Source: Candidatus Nitrospira inopinata (lineage in GTDB: Bacteria; Nitrospirota; Nitrospiria; Nitrospirales; Nitrospiraceae). From it: DNA of 32,000 nt. The notes beneath the pieces were generated by a model. The model did no database searches. It was not told the DNA's origin and worked only from the letters and a program-made list of their open reading frames with translations. The position numbers and the translations under genes were made by a program. The stretch lies in NCBI RefSeq assembly GCF_001458695.1, contig NZ_LN885086.1:1380001-1412000 (forward strand). The letters run 5' to 3'. Shown one piece after another: positions 1-8,413 of the stretch. Numbering within the stretch: position 1 is the stretch's first letter; each line of letters starts with the position of its first letter.

Positions 1-27
1 TGTTCGCCCTCGCGCACAGTCCCTGCG

Positions 28-2070
28 ATGCCCATGACCGAGCACCGGCCCGTCGTTCCTTCCACCGTTTCGCTGCCTGAAATCACGGTCAAAGCGGTCG
101 TGCTCTCGGTGGTGCTGGCCGCTCTGTTGGCCGCCGCCAATGCCTATCTTGGGCTGTTTGCCGGCATGACCGTGTCGGCGTCGATCCCGGCGGCCGTGAC
201 CTCGATGGCGGTGCTGCGCCTCTTCCGCCGCTCGAATATCCTCGAAAACAACATCGTCCAAACCGCCGTGTCTGCTGGAGAGGCCCTGGCGGCCGGCGTG
301 ATCTTCACGATTCCCGCTCTGTTGTTGGTCGGCTCATGGTCCTCGTTCGACTATTGGCGGACGACCGTCATCGCGATGGTCGGTGGGTTGCTCGGCGTGC
401 TGTTTACGATTCCGTTGCGACGGGCGCTGATCGTGACGGCACAGTTGCGATTTCCCGAAGGGGTGGCCACGGCCGAAGTACTCAAGGCGGGAGCAGCCAC
501 TCCACATGAGGCGGGGCGGGCTGTTGCTCATGATGTCCGGGTGCTCTTGTTTTCAGCGTTGGCCGGCGGCGCGACAAAGTTTTGTGAGAGCGGCCTTCGT
601 CTCTGGGCGGAATCGCTGGAAGGGGCGGTCCGGATCGGACGAACTCTATTCTACGGAGGCATCAATCTGTCACCGGCGTTGTTGGCGGTGGGGTTCATCT
701 TGGGGCTCCGCACGGCGCTGGTTGTCTTTCTGGGAGGCTGTCTCGGCTGGGTGGTGTTGGTTCCGGCCCATGGGCTGTTCTTTGGAGTGCCGACCGATCG
801 GCAGGGGATCGAGGCGGCCATGGCCATCTGGAGTGGAAAGGTCCGCTATGTGGGCATCGGGGCGATGGTGGTGGGAGGGCTCTGGACCCTGGCCCAATTG
901 CGCGCCCCCGTCTGGCAGAGTCTTCAAGTCCTGTGGGCCCGCTATCGAGAGGCTGGAACGAAGCGGCGGAGGGGAGAGCCTCCGGGCCGGACCACTGTCG
1001 AGAACCGTGAGGGGAAAGCTGATGCGACAGCCAGGACGGAGCGGGATGCGCCGTTTTGGTGGTTGGTTGCGCCGTTCGTGCTGTTGTTGATCCCGGCGGC
1101 CTGGATCTATGCGACCGTGGTGGACAGTGTCGCGATCGGCCTGTTCATGACCCTGGTGATGACGGTCGCCGCGTTTTTGTTTTCATCGGTGGCGGCCTAT
1201 ATGGCGGGGCTGGTCGGCAGTTCCAGCAATCCTGTCTCGGGTGTGACGATCGCCACGATCATGGCTGCCTCGCTGCTGCTCGTCTTATTCATGGGAGCGG
1301 GCCATCCGGCCGGTCCCGCGGCGGCCCTGGTGATCGGAGCGGTGGTCTGCTGCGCCGCGGCCATGGGAGGTGACAATATGCAGGACCTCAAAACCGGTCA
1401 TCTGGTGGGAGCGACGCCGTGGAAGCAACAAGTGATGCAGGTGGTGGGGGTTCTCGCCGGCGCGGTGGTGTTGGCTCCTGTGCTGACGGTGCTCCAGGCC
1501 AAGTATGGCATCGGGGCGCCGACGAGCGACCATCCCCATCCGTTGAGTGCGCCGCAGGCGACGCTCATGGCCAGTCTGGCGCACAGTGTGTTCGGCGGGG
1601 CGGTTCCCTGGCCGTTGGTGGGAGCGGGGGCCGTGATCGGTGGGCTGGTGATTCTGTTGGACCAGAGACAGGAACGGCGTGGCCGGAGCTTCCGTCTCCC
1701 GATCCTGGCCGTGGCGCTGGGGATCTATCTGCCGTTGAAACTCTCTGCTGCAATCGTTGCAGGCGGGGTCGTCGCCGCTCTGGCTGAACGGGCAAGAGAA
1801 AGCGGCGGGGCCGGGGAGGATGGGGCACGGCGAGGACTCCTCTTTTCGGCCGGATTGGTTACCGGTGAATCCTTAATGGGTATTCTCTTGGCGTTGCCAG
1901 TCGCACTCGGCGCCCTGTGGCCCGGCCTTGGTTCCGATCCCTTCGCGCTGTTCGATCGTCCGCCGTTGGGCGGTTGGCCCGGCCTCTTGATGATGGCCCT
2001 CGTGGTCGGCGCTCTCTATCGCAGTGTGACGAGTGGGCACAGCGCGACCAGTGGGCTTGGCAGGCGGTGA
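28..2070 (+). CDS. OPT-family oligopeptide transporter (polytopic membrane protein)
   Basis: 680-aa ORF with many hydrophobic segments. The blocks 'AYLGLFAGMTVSASIPAAVTSMAVLR' and 'GDNMQDLKTGHLVGATPWKQQ' match signature blocks I recognise from bacterial OPT superfamily transporters. Confidence 0.85.
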   Translation: MPMTEHRPVVPSTVSLPEITVKAVVLSVVLAALLAAANAYLGLFAGMTVSASIPAAVTSMAVLRLFRRSNILENNIVQTAVSAGEALAAGVIFTIPALLLVGSWSSFDYWRTTVIAMVGGLLGVLFTIPLRRALIVTAQLRFPEGVATAEVLKAGAATPHEAGRAVAHDVRVLLFSALAGGATKFCESGLRLWAESLEGAVRIGRTLFYGGINLSPALLAVGFILGLRTALVVFLGGCLGWVVLVPAHGLFFGVPTDRQGIEAAMAIWSGKVRYVGIGAMVVGGLWTLAQLRAPVWQSLQVLWARYREAGTKRRRGEPPGRTTVENREGKADATARTERDAPFWWLVAPFVLLLIPAAWIYATVVDSVAIGLFMTLVMTVAAFLFSSVAAYMAGLVGSSSNPVSGVTIATIMAASLLLVLFMGAGHPAGPAAALVIGAVVCCAAAMGGDNMQDLKTGHLVGATPWKQQVMQVVGVLAGAVVLAPVLTVLQAKYGIGAPTSDHPHPLSAPQATLMASLAHSVFGGAVPWPLVGAGAVIGGLVILLDQRQERRGRSFRLPILAVALGIYLPLKLSAAIVAGGVVAALAERARESGGAGEDGARRGLLFSAGLVTGESLMGILLALPVALGALWPGLGSDPFALFDRPPLGGWPGLLMMALVVGALYRSVTSGHSATSGLGRR

Positions 2071-3408
2071 TGGTGCTCCCCTCTCTGTTTCCTGAGAGTG
2101 ATCCTGCCGTGACCATTTGACTGACGGCGGATGTTGCCCGGCCAGCGAAGCGGCGGCCGCTTGACCCGCCAAGCGTCCGGTGGTCCAAGCCCACTGAAAG
2201 TTGAAGCCGCCCAGCCGGCCGTCGCAATCCAAGATTTCGCCGGCGAAATAGAGGCCGGGTGCGATCTTGGATTCCATCGTTCGATAGTCAATTTCCTCAA
2301 GGAGGACCCCGCCCGCCGTGACCTCCGCATGGTTCCATCCACGATGACCCACCACGGGGAAGGGAAAGGCCGTGAGCAGGGTCATGAGACGATCCCGTTC
2401 CTTTCGGGGAAGCTGGGCTATCGCGATGGCTCCATCAATGCCGGTGTGGCGAAGCATTGCTTCGACGAAGCGGTCGGGAAGGCGACGGGACAGCGTATTA
2501 GCTAGCGAGCGGCGTGGGTGAGTATGCCCCTCCTCGATGAGCCATGCTCGGACCTGTTCGTGGTTTCGACCGGGGAAAAAGTTGCCCTTGATGTCCGCTG
2601 CCTCTTTCCGTGTCTGGGCCAGGCACCAGAAGCGGCTTGCATCCATCACCACGGGGCCGCTGATGCCGAAGTGGGTCCACAGCAGGCTGCCGGTCCGCCT
2701 GTCCACGAGGTGCCCGTTCACCCTTGTCGTCAGTTCCACCGTGTGCGAGAGGCCGGCAAGGGATCGATGGAACATCGAGTCGTCAAGCACGAGCGGAACC
2801 AGCGCCGGAGCCGTCTCGGTGACGCGATGGCCGAGCCGGCGTGCCAACTCGTAGCCGAAGCCGTCGCTTCCGGTCCTGGGGAGGGAACGGCCGCCTGTGG
2901 CAACGATCACTTTTCTGGCGAGAAGGCTGCCGTGGCGATGGGTGATAAGAAAAGTTGCCTGATTTGTCGGCTCGATGGCGGTGACTCGATGATCAGGCCG
3001 AAGGACAATGCCGAGGCTTCGGCACCGGGTCAGGAGAGCGGTCAGGACCGTGTGAGCTCGATCGGTGACCGGAAAGAGTTTACCTGGTGGCTCTCGTTTG
3101 AGGGCGACCCCCAGTGAGGCGAACCAGCGCATGGTGGCGTCGACGGGGAACGAGGCCAGCGCGTTCTTGATGATCCGGCGATTGCCGAAGTAGTCGGCGG
3201 AGGTCACGGTCTCGTGCGTGACGTTGCAGCGGCCTCCGCCGGAGACGAGGATTTTGGCACCGATTGTTCGCGCCCCGTTCAGCAGGACCACGCGAGGGGG
3301 CGGTCCCATGGTGGTCACCTCCCCTGCGGCAAGGGCTGCGGCCAAGCCGGCGGCGCCGGCGCCGATTACGGCGATCTCGTAGGCCTCGAATCCTCCCACA
3401 TTAGACAC
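1873..3408 (-). CDS. HI0933/YhiN-type FAD-dependent oxidoreductase (aminoacetone-oxidase family flavoprotein); 3' end uncertain
   Basis: N-terminal Rossmann motif 'IAVIGAGAAGLAAA', the family block 'KILVSGGGRCNVTH', and the C-terminal block 'GLYFAGEILDCDGRLGGFNFQWAWTTGRLAG'. The last ~85 codons are low-complexity and overlap the OPT gene antisense. Confidence 0.85.
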   Translation of the reverse strand: MSNVGGFEAYEIAVIGAGAAGLAAALAAGEVTTMGPPPRVVLLNGARTIGAKILVSGGGRCNVTHETVTSADYFGNRRIIKNALASFPVDATMRWFASLGVALKREPPGKLFPVTDRAHTVLTALLTRCRSLGIVLRPDHRVTAIEPTNQATFLITHRHGSLLARKVIVATGGRSLPRTGSDGFGYELARRLGHRVTETAPALVPLVLDDSMFHRSLAGLSHTVELTTRVNGHLVDRRTGSLLWTHFGISGPVVMDASRFWCLAQTRKEAADIKGNFFPGRNHEQVRAWLIEEGHTHPRRSLANTLSRRLPDRFVEAMLRHTGIDGAIAIAQLPRKERDRLMTLLTAFPFPVVGHRGWNHAEVTAGGVLLEEIDYRTMESKIAPGLYFAGEILDCDGRLGGFNFQWAWTTGRLAGQAAAASLAGQHPPSVKWSRQDHSQETERGAPSPPAKPTGRAVPTRHTAIESADHEGHHQEAGPTAQRRTIEQREGIGTKAGPQGAECDWQRQENTH

Positions 3409-3513
3409 TTTTAACTGCCGATTAACATGGGTTTAATCTCGCGATGTTACCGTCCTGCCACACGGGGACGGCGAAGTGCCGATCCCGGCTATGAAGAAGG
3501 GGAGGAGGATCCC

Positions 3514-3684
3514 ATGACGTGTAAAAAGTGTAAAGGATTCATGATCGAAGAGCGACAGCCCGATCTATCACCCTGTCAGACCGTCCTTCGTTGCGTCAAT
3601 TGCGGGTTGGTCGTGGACCCGCTGATGGTCCAAAACCGGCTCCAGCAATTGCGGGAAAGACGAGCACTGCCCCAGGCGGCATAA
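3514..3684 (+). CDS. Small zinc-ribbon protein (56 aa), unknown function
   Basis: Two CxxC pairs (CKKC ... CVNC). Strong SD GGAGGAGGA lies 4 nt upstream of the ATG at 3514. The longer ORF from 3427 has no SD. Confidence 0.45.
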   Translation: MTCKKCKGFMIEERQPDLSPCQTVLRCVNCGLVVDPLMVQNRLQQLRERRALPQAA

Positions 3685-3775
3685 CGGTCAAAGAAAGAGG
3701 AGATGTCTCGCTCTGATTCTTGCTGAGGGGCCTGCCGCGCGAGCGGCTGGCCGGAGTGGAATGTCGCGCTCGCGG

Positions 3776-4549
3776 TTAGATCGAAAATTCCGCCCAGAGA
3801 AAGGTGTGATCCGAGGGGTCTTTCGCTCGCCGCGGCTCGACGTCCACGTCAGCCTTGATGCATTTTTCGGCCAGGGGCTTGGTCGATAGAATGTGGTCGA
3901 TACGCCAGCCTTTGTTCGCCTCCAACGAATTCGGCGCCCGGTAATCCCAAAACGTATACTGCTGTCTGGTAGGGTGGAGTTTCACGAACACATCCTCAAA
4001 CCCCCAGGCGACGGTCTTCTCATACGCCTTGCGGACGGCCTCGTGATAGCACACGTGGTTCAGATGTTTTTCCGGACTATGAACGTCCATCGGTCTGGGA
4101 GCCACGTTCATGTCCCCGCACCAGATCGCCGGCGCGTCCGGCGAGAGATGTTTGTCGAAGTACTTCCGCAGCCGCTCGTACCATTCCAATTTGTAGGCGT
4201 ATTTGGGTGAATCGATCTCAAACCCCTGCGGCACGTAGGTGTTGACGATCGGGATCCCGTCGATCACGACTCTCAGTAAGCGGGCATCGTCCGGTTCTCC
4301 TCCGTCGTCGAATCCGTAAAAGACGGCGTCGGGTTTCTTCCGGCTGAGCACGGCCACGCCGTTGTAGGATTTCATGCCGCGATAGATGCTCTCGTAGCCG
4401 GTGTGGGTCAAGGCCATCAGCGGGAATTCGCTGTCCTGGACCTTGGTTTCCTGAAGACAGAGGATGTCCGGTTGATGGCGCTCGAGCCACGCCAAGACGA
4501 TCGGCAGGCGCTTGCGCAGAGAGTTGACGTTATAGGTGGCGATTTTCAT
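3776..4549 (-). CDS. xthA: Exodeoxyribonuclease III (AP endonuclease)
   Basis: 'MKIATYNVNSLRKRL...PDILCLQETK' N-terminus and 'WRIDHIL' near the C-terminus are typical of the ExoIII/EEP family. The start at the internal ATG (4549) matches homolog N-termini. Confidence 0.9.
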   Translation of the reverse strand: MKIATYNVNSLRKRLPIVLAWLERHQPDILCLQETKVQDSEFPLMALTHTGYESIYRGMKSYNGVAVLSRKKPDAVFYGFDDGGEPDDARLLRVVIDGIPIVNTYVPQGFEIDSPKYAYKLEWYERLRKYFDKHLSPDAPAIWCGDMNVAPRPMDVHSPEKHLNHVCYHEAVRKAYEKTVAWGFEDVFVKLHPTRQQYTFWDYRAPNSLEANKGWRIDHILSTKPLAEKCIKADVDVEPRRAKDPSDHTFLWAEFSI

Positions 4550-4635
4550 TCGGAAGGCCGCTTGATGAATTCGCGGGCATCCTATCAAAAGCTGTCAGGG
4601 GCGACAAGCCGTGAAGAGGAGGTCAGGGCTCTCGA

Positions 4636-5544
4636 TCACTTCGAGATCATCCTGACTCCCGGTATCTTTAAGGCCTGGACGGCGGCACGGATCACGTCGA
4701 TGACTTGAGGCCTGGTGAAACCGCGTCGCCACGCAAGGCCGATTCGGCGACCAGGCACCGGCTCGGCCAGCTTGATCGCGACCAAACGCTTGTTCTGGTA
4801 TTTCTGCGTCAGGGCGCTGCAAGGCATCACGGTGATGCCGAGACCCGATATCACCATCTGCCGAATGGTTTCCAGAGAGTTCCCCTGCCATCCGCCGGTA
4901 TCCGACCGACTCAGTTCCGGGCAGGCGTCAAGCACTTGTTGGCGAAAACAATGTCCGGCGTGAGGCAGGAGCACTTTCTCGGCGTGCAATTGACGGGAAT
5001 CGAGCACCTTCTTGTTTTGCCAGGGGTGCCCGACCGGGACAAGGGCCTGAAAGGGCTCGTCATAGAGAGCGGTCGTCAGTATTCCCGTCTCCTCCAAGGG
5101 GAGAGCGATCATGATGACGTCGAGTTTTCCGCTCTTCAGCATTCCCACCAAGTTTTGAGTGAGGTTTTCTTCGAGCTCCAGGGGCATCTTCGGCGCACGG
5201 GCGTTCAGCAGCGGGACCAAATCCGGAAGAATATACGGCCCGACGGTCGCGATGACGCCGAATCGCAGCACTCCATTCAGTTGATTTTTGCCTTGAGCCG
5301 CCAGAATCTTTATCTGCTCCGCTTCTTCCAGCACGCGTTGCGCTTGGTGAACAATTCGCTCTCCCAGCTCGGTCAATCCAACGCGGTTCCGACGCCGCTC
5401 GAAAATCGTGGCGCCCAATTCGTCCTCCAGCTTTTTGATCGCGAGGCTCAACGCCGGTTGAGTTACGAACGCCTTTTCCGCGGCGCGACCGAAGTGTCCT
5501 TCCTGTGCCACGGCGACGATATATTGCAGTTCCGTCAGAGTCAT
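4636..5544 (-). CDS. oxyR: LysR-family hydrogen-peroxide sensor/regulator OxyR
   Basis: N-terminal LysR HTH 'LTELQYIVAVAQEGHFGRAAEKAFVTQPALSLAIKKLE'. 'GHCFRQQVLDAC' has two Cys with the same 9-residue spacing as E. coli OxyR C199/C208 ('GHCLRDQAMGFC'). The gene is divergent from a catalase/dps/ccp gene run. Confidence 0.85.
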   Translation of the reverse strand: MTLTELQYIVAVAQEGHFGRAAEKAFVTQPALSLAIKKLEDELGATIFERRRNRVGLTELGERIVHQAQRVLEEAEQIKILAAQGKNQLNGVLRFGVIATVGPYILPDLVPLLNARAPKMPLELEENLTQNLVGMLKSGKLDVIMIALPLEETGILTTALYDEPFQALVPVGHPWQNKKVLDSRQLHAEKVLLPHAGHCFRQQVLDACPELSRSDTGGWQGNSLETIRQMVISGLGITVMPCSALTQKYQNKRLVAIKLAEPVPGRRIGLAWRRGFTRPQVIDVIRAAVQALKIPGVRMISK

Positions 5545-5558
5545 CGATCAGCCGGTCA

Positions 5559-5573
5559 ATAATTTTTCTTTAT
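5559..5573. promoter_or_regulatory. LysR-type dyad (ATAA-N7-TTAT) in the oxyR divergent intergenic region; candidate OxyR operator half
   Basis: The sequence 'ATAAtttttctTTAT' lies 15 nt upstream of the oxyR start, inside the only strongly AT-rich stretch of the 133-bp divergent region. Confidence 0.3.
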
Positions 5574-5677
5574 GACTCGTATATATATTACCAATTAGAC
5601 TTATCGCCAGGGGCCGGTTATCTTGTGCTTGAGCATGCGGAGCAATCAGGCGCATGTCAAACCACAAGGAGGATATC

Positions 5678-6022
5678 ATGAAGACGCGGAGCATAGTAAT
5701 CGTCGGAATCTTGTCGATGTTGGCGGCCGGTGTCGTGGATGCGTCGGATCGCGTCGCTTCCGAGACGGGACAAATCGGTGCGATGAATCGCATCGGGCAG
5801 GGAGGATCGGTGTATTCCTCCGGCCAGCCTGACGGAGCCGGGACGTGTCATGGAACGGAGGAAAGACGAACAAAAGTGGATGCCCTCGCGCGGATCGGGG
5901 CTGGTGGGTCCACATATGATTCTCGTTCTTCCGGCCGGGCTGAGGCGGGTGGCGCCAAGTGCACGGCAAGTGAAGAGGTCGCGCATTCCTCCGATCAGCC
6001 GAAGGACGTAACGAGCCACTGA
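5678..6022 (+). CDS. Small secreted protein (114 aa) with an internal two-fold repeat, unknown function
   Basis: SD 'AAGGAGG' lies 6 nt upstream of the ATG at 5678. Signal-peptide-like N-terminus 'MKTRSIVIVGILSMLAAGVVDA'. Repeat units 'NRIGQGGSVYSSG...C' and 'ARIGAGGSTYDSR...C'. I recognise no family. Confidence 0.55.
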   Translation: MKTRSIVIVGILSMLAAGVVDASDRVASETGQIGAMNRIGQGGSVYSSGQPDGAGTCHGTEERRTKVDALARIGAGGSTYDSRSSGRAEAGGAKCTASEEVAHSSDQPKDVTSH

Positions 6023-6043
6023 TTGATGGCGCGGAAAAATACC

Positions 6044-6075
6044 GGACCGAGGAGAGCCTTGTCTCTCCTCGGTCC
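6044..6075 (+). terminator. Perfect 13-bp stem / 6-nt loop hairpin between the small secreted-protein gene and katA (no U-tract)
   Basis: GGACCGAGGAGAG-ccttgt-CTCTCCTCGGTCC read directly from the sequence. It is followed by 'accaag', so it is not a canonical intrinsic terminator. Confidence 0.4.
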
Positions 6076-6161
6076 ACCAAGTCCGGGGAAGGCGTAGGAA
6101 CGTTGCGGTGAAACGGAATGAAGGACGGGCGGGCCGCAGCCTCTAAAAAGGAGGACATCGC

Positions 6162-7619
6162 ATGAGCGACAAAAAGCCGCTGACCACCAACGCGGGTTGT
6201 CCGGTCGCGCACAACCAGAACGTAATGACGGCGGGGTCTCGCGGGCCTCAACTGGTGCAGGATGTGTGGTTTCTTGAAAAACTCGGGCACTTCGATCGCG
6301 AAGTGATCCCCGAGCGGCGCATGCACGCCAAAGGCTCCGGCGCCTACGGCACGTTTATCGTGACGCATGATATCACGCGATACACGAGGGCGAAGATTTT
6401 CTCGCAGGTGGGCAAAAAGACGGAACTGTTCGCCCGATTTACCGCTGTAGCCGGTGAGCGGGGCGCCGCCGATGCCGAGCGTGACATCAGAGGCTTTGCC
6501 GTGAAGTTCTACACCGAGGAAGGCAACTGGGATTTGGTCGGCAACAACACGCCGGTCTTCTTCCTGCGTGACCCGCTGAAGTTCCCGGATTTAGCCCACG
6601 CGGTCAAGAGAGATCCCCGCACCAATCTGCGCAGCGCCAAGAACACCTGGGATTTTTGGACCTCATTGCCCGAAGCCCTGCACCAGGTCACCATTGTTAT
6701 GAGTGATCGGGGCATTCCGGCCACCTATCGCCACATGCACGGCTTCGGCAGCCACACCTTCAGCTTTGTCAACGCAAAGAACGAGCGTTACTGGGTCAAA
6801 TTCCATTTCAAGACTCGACAGGGTATCAAAAACCTGACCGATGCGGAGGCCGAGGCGATCATCGGAAAAGACCGTGAAAGTCATCAACGCGACCTGTACG
6901 AAAGCATCGAAAGAGGGGAGTTCCCGAAGTGGACGCTGAAAGTGCAAATCATGCCGGAAGCGGACGCCGCTACGGTGCCGTACAACCCGTTCGATCTGAC
7001 CAAGGTCTGGCCCCACAAGGACTATCCGCTGATCGACGTGGGAGAGATGGAGCTGAATCGCAATCCAGAAAACTTCTTTGCCGAGGTCGAGCAGTCGGCG
7101 TTCAACCCGGCGAATATCGTGCCGGGCATCGGCTTCTCCCCCGACAAGATGTTGCAAGGGAGATTGTTTGCCTATGGCGACGCTCAACGTTACCGGCTCG
7201 GCGTCAATCACCATTTGATCCCGGTAAACGCCCCGCGCTGCCCGGCGCACAGTTACCATCGTGACGGCTCGATGCGGGTCGACGGCAACTACGGAAGCGC
7301 GCCGGGCTATGAACCGAACAGCGACGGGGAGTGGCGGGAGCAACCGGATTTTGCAGAGCCGCCGCTCAAGCTTGAAGGCGCGGCCGACCATTGGAACCAC
7401 CGGACGGACATGGATTATTACTCGCAGCCGGGGGCGCTGTTTCGTCTCATGACGCCGGCTCAGCGGAATCTGTTGTTTGAGAACACGGCTCGCTCGATCG
7501 GCTCGGCGCCGCGGGAAATTCAGATTCGGCACATCCGCAACTGCCTCAAAGCCGACCCGACGTACGGCAAGGGTGTCGCCGATGCCCTGCGCGTTGCCCT
7601 GACGGACGTATCGGCTTAG
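6162..7619 (+). CDS. katA: Monofunctional haem catalase (small-subunit, clade-3-like)
   Basis: '[39 protein letters not shown]' contains the distal His block, and '[17 protein letters not shown]' contains the proximal Tyr block. SD AAGGAGG is upstream. Confidence 0.95.
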   Translation: MSDKKPLTTNAGCPVAHNQNVMTAGSRGPQLVQDVWFLEKLGHFDREVIPERRMHAKGSGAYGTFIVTHDITRYTRAKIFSQVGKKTELFARFTAVAGERGAADAERDIRGFAVKFYTEEGNWDLVGNNTPVFFLRDPLKFPDLAHAVKRDPRTNLRSAKNTWDFWTSLPEALHQVTIVMSDRGIPATYRHMHGFGSHTFSFVNAKNERYWVKFHFKTRQGIKNLTDAEAEAIIGKDRESHQRDLYESIERGEFPKWTLKVQIMPEADAATVPYNPFDLTKVWPHKDYPLIDVGEMELNRNPENFFAEVEQSAFNPANIVPGIGFSPDKMLQGRLFAYGDAQRYRLGVNHHLIPVNAPRCPAHSYHRDGSMRVDGNYGSAPGYEPNSDGEWREQPDFAEPPLKLEGAADHWNHRTDMDYYSQPGALFRLMTPAQRNLLFENTARSIGSAPREIQIRHIRNCLKADPTYGKGVADALRVALTDVSA

Positions 7620-7725
7620 GGCAGCTCCTGCATCGGAGTCCCAAGCCACGGATAGAGCTGTCCGTCCCATGGATCAAGCCTCGATGCCGGTCAGACAATT
7701 GAGTCGGCGGCAGGAGTCATGATAT

Positions 7726-7756
7726 GACAGGCCCGGTGTCAGGGCCTGTCCTTTTG
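7726..7756 (+). terminator. Rho-independent terminator after katA
   Basis: GACAGGCCC-ggtgtca-GGGCCTGTC followed by CTTTTG. Confidence 0.7.
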
Positions 7757-7770
7757 ACAAGGAGGGTGCT

Positions 7771-8283
7771 ATGGCAAAAACTCACCGGCAACAAAGAGGC
7801 GAAAGCCATAACGGTTTGTCCATCGATCTTGGAATCGAGCCGGCACAGCGAAAGGCGATCGCGGACGGCTTGGCCAAAGTCCTAGCGGATACCTACACGC
7901 TCTATCTCAAGACACACAACTTCCATTGGAATGTGACGGGGCCGATGTTTCAGACGCTCCACCTCATGTTCGAGCAGCAATACAACGAACTGGCTTTGGC
8001 CGTCGATCTGATTGCGGAGCGGATCAGGGCGCTGGGGCACCCCGCTCCGGGAAGCTATGCGCAATTTTCCAGCCTCTCGTCCATTTCCGAAGCCACGGGC
8101 GTGCCGAAGGCGGAGGACATGGTCCGCCAACTCGTCGAAGGGCAGGAAACGTTGGTGCGAACGTTGCGAGCCGTCTTTCCGACGGCTGAGAGGGCTTCCG
8201 ATCAAGTGACGATCGATCTGCTGACGCAGCGTATGCAGGTGCATGAGAAGACGGCCTGGATGCTCCGGAGTTTGCTGGAGTAG
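7771..8283 (+). CDS. dps: Dps (DNA-binding ferritin-like protein, starvation/oxidative stress)
   Basis: '[34 protein letters not shown]' is the classic Dps ferroxidase-site region. SD AAGGAGGG is upstream. Confidence 0.9.
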   Translation: MAKTHRQQRGESHNGLSIDLGIEPAQRKAIADGLAKVLADTYTLYLKTHNFHWNVTGPMFQTLHLMFEQQYNELALAVDLIAERIRALGHPAPGSYAQFSSLSSISEATGVPKAEDMVRQLVEGQETLVRTLRAVFPTAERASDQVTIDLLTQRMQVHEKTAWMLRSLLE

Positions 8284-8413
8284 CGTGAAGGTCTTGGCTC
8301 GAAGCCAAGGATGACGGGCCGGCGCGGTTTTCTGTCAGAGGAGCGAAGATGGTTCAAACGGTAGAAGAACCGAGGTGGGACAAATCATGGACGGTCTAAG
8401 TAGAGAGGAGGAC

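Noticed and set aside
4705-5562. 285-aa ORF on the plus strand
   Set aside because: It is antisense to oxyR, which has a clear HTH and redox-Cys motifs. No support.
6663-7670. 335-aa ORF on the minus strand, and the 230-aa minus ORF at 5676-6368
   Set aside because: Both are antisense to the catalase gene and the secreted small-protein gene, are Arg-rich, and have no recognisable domains.
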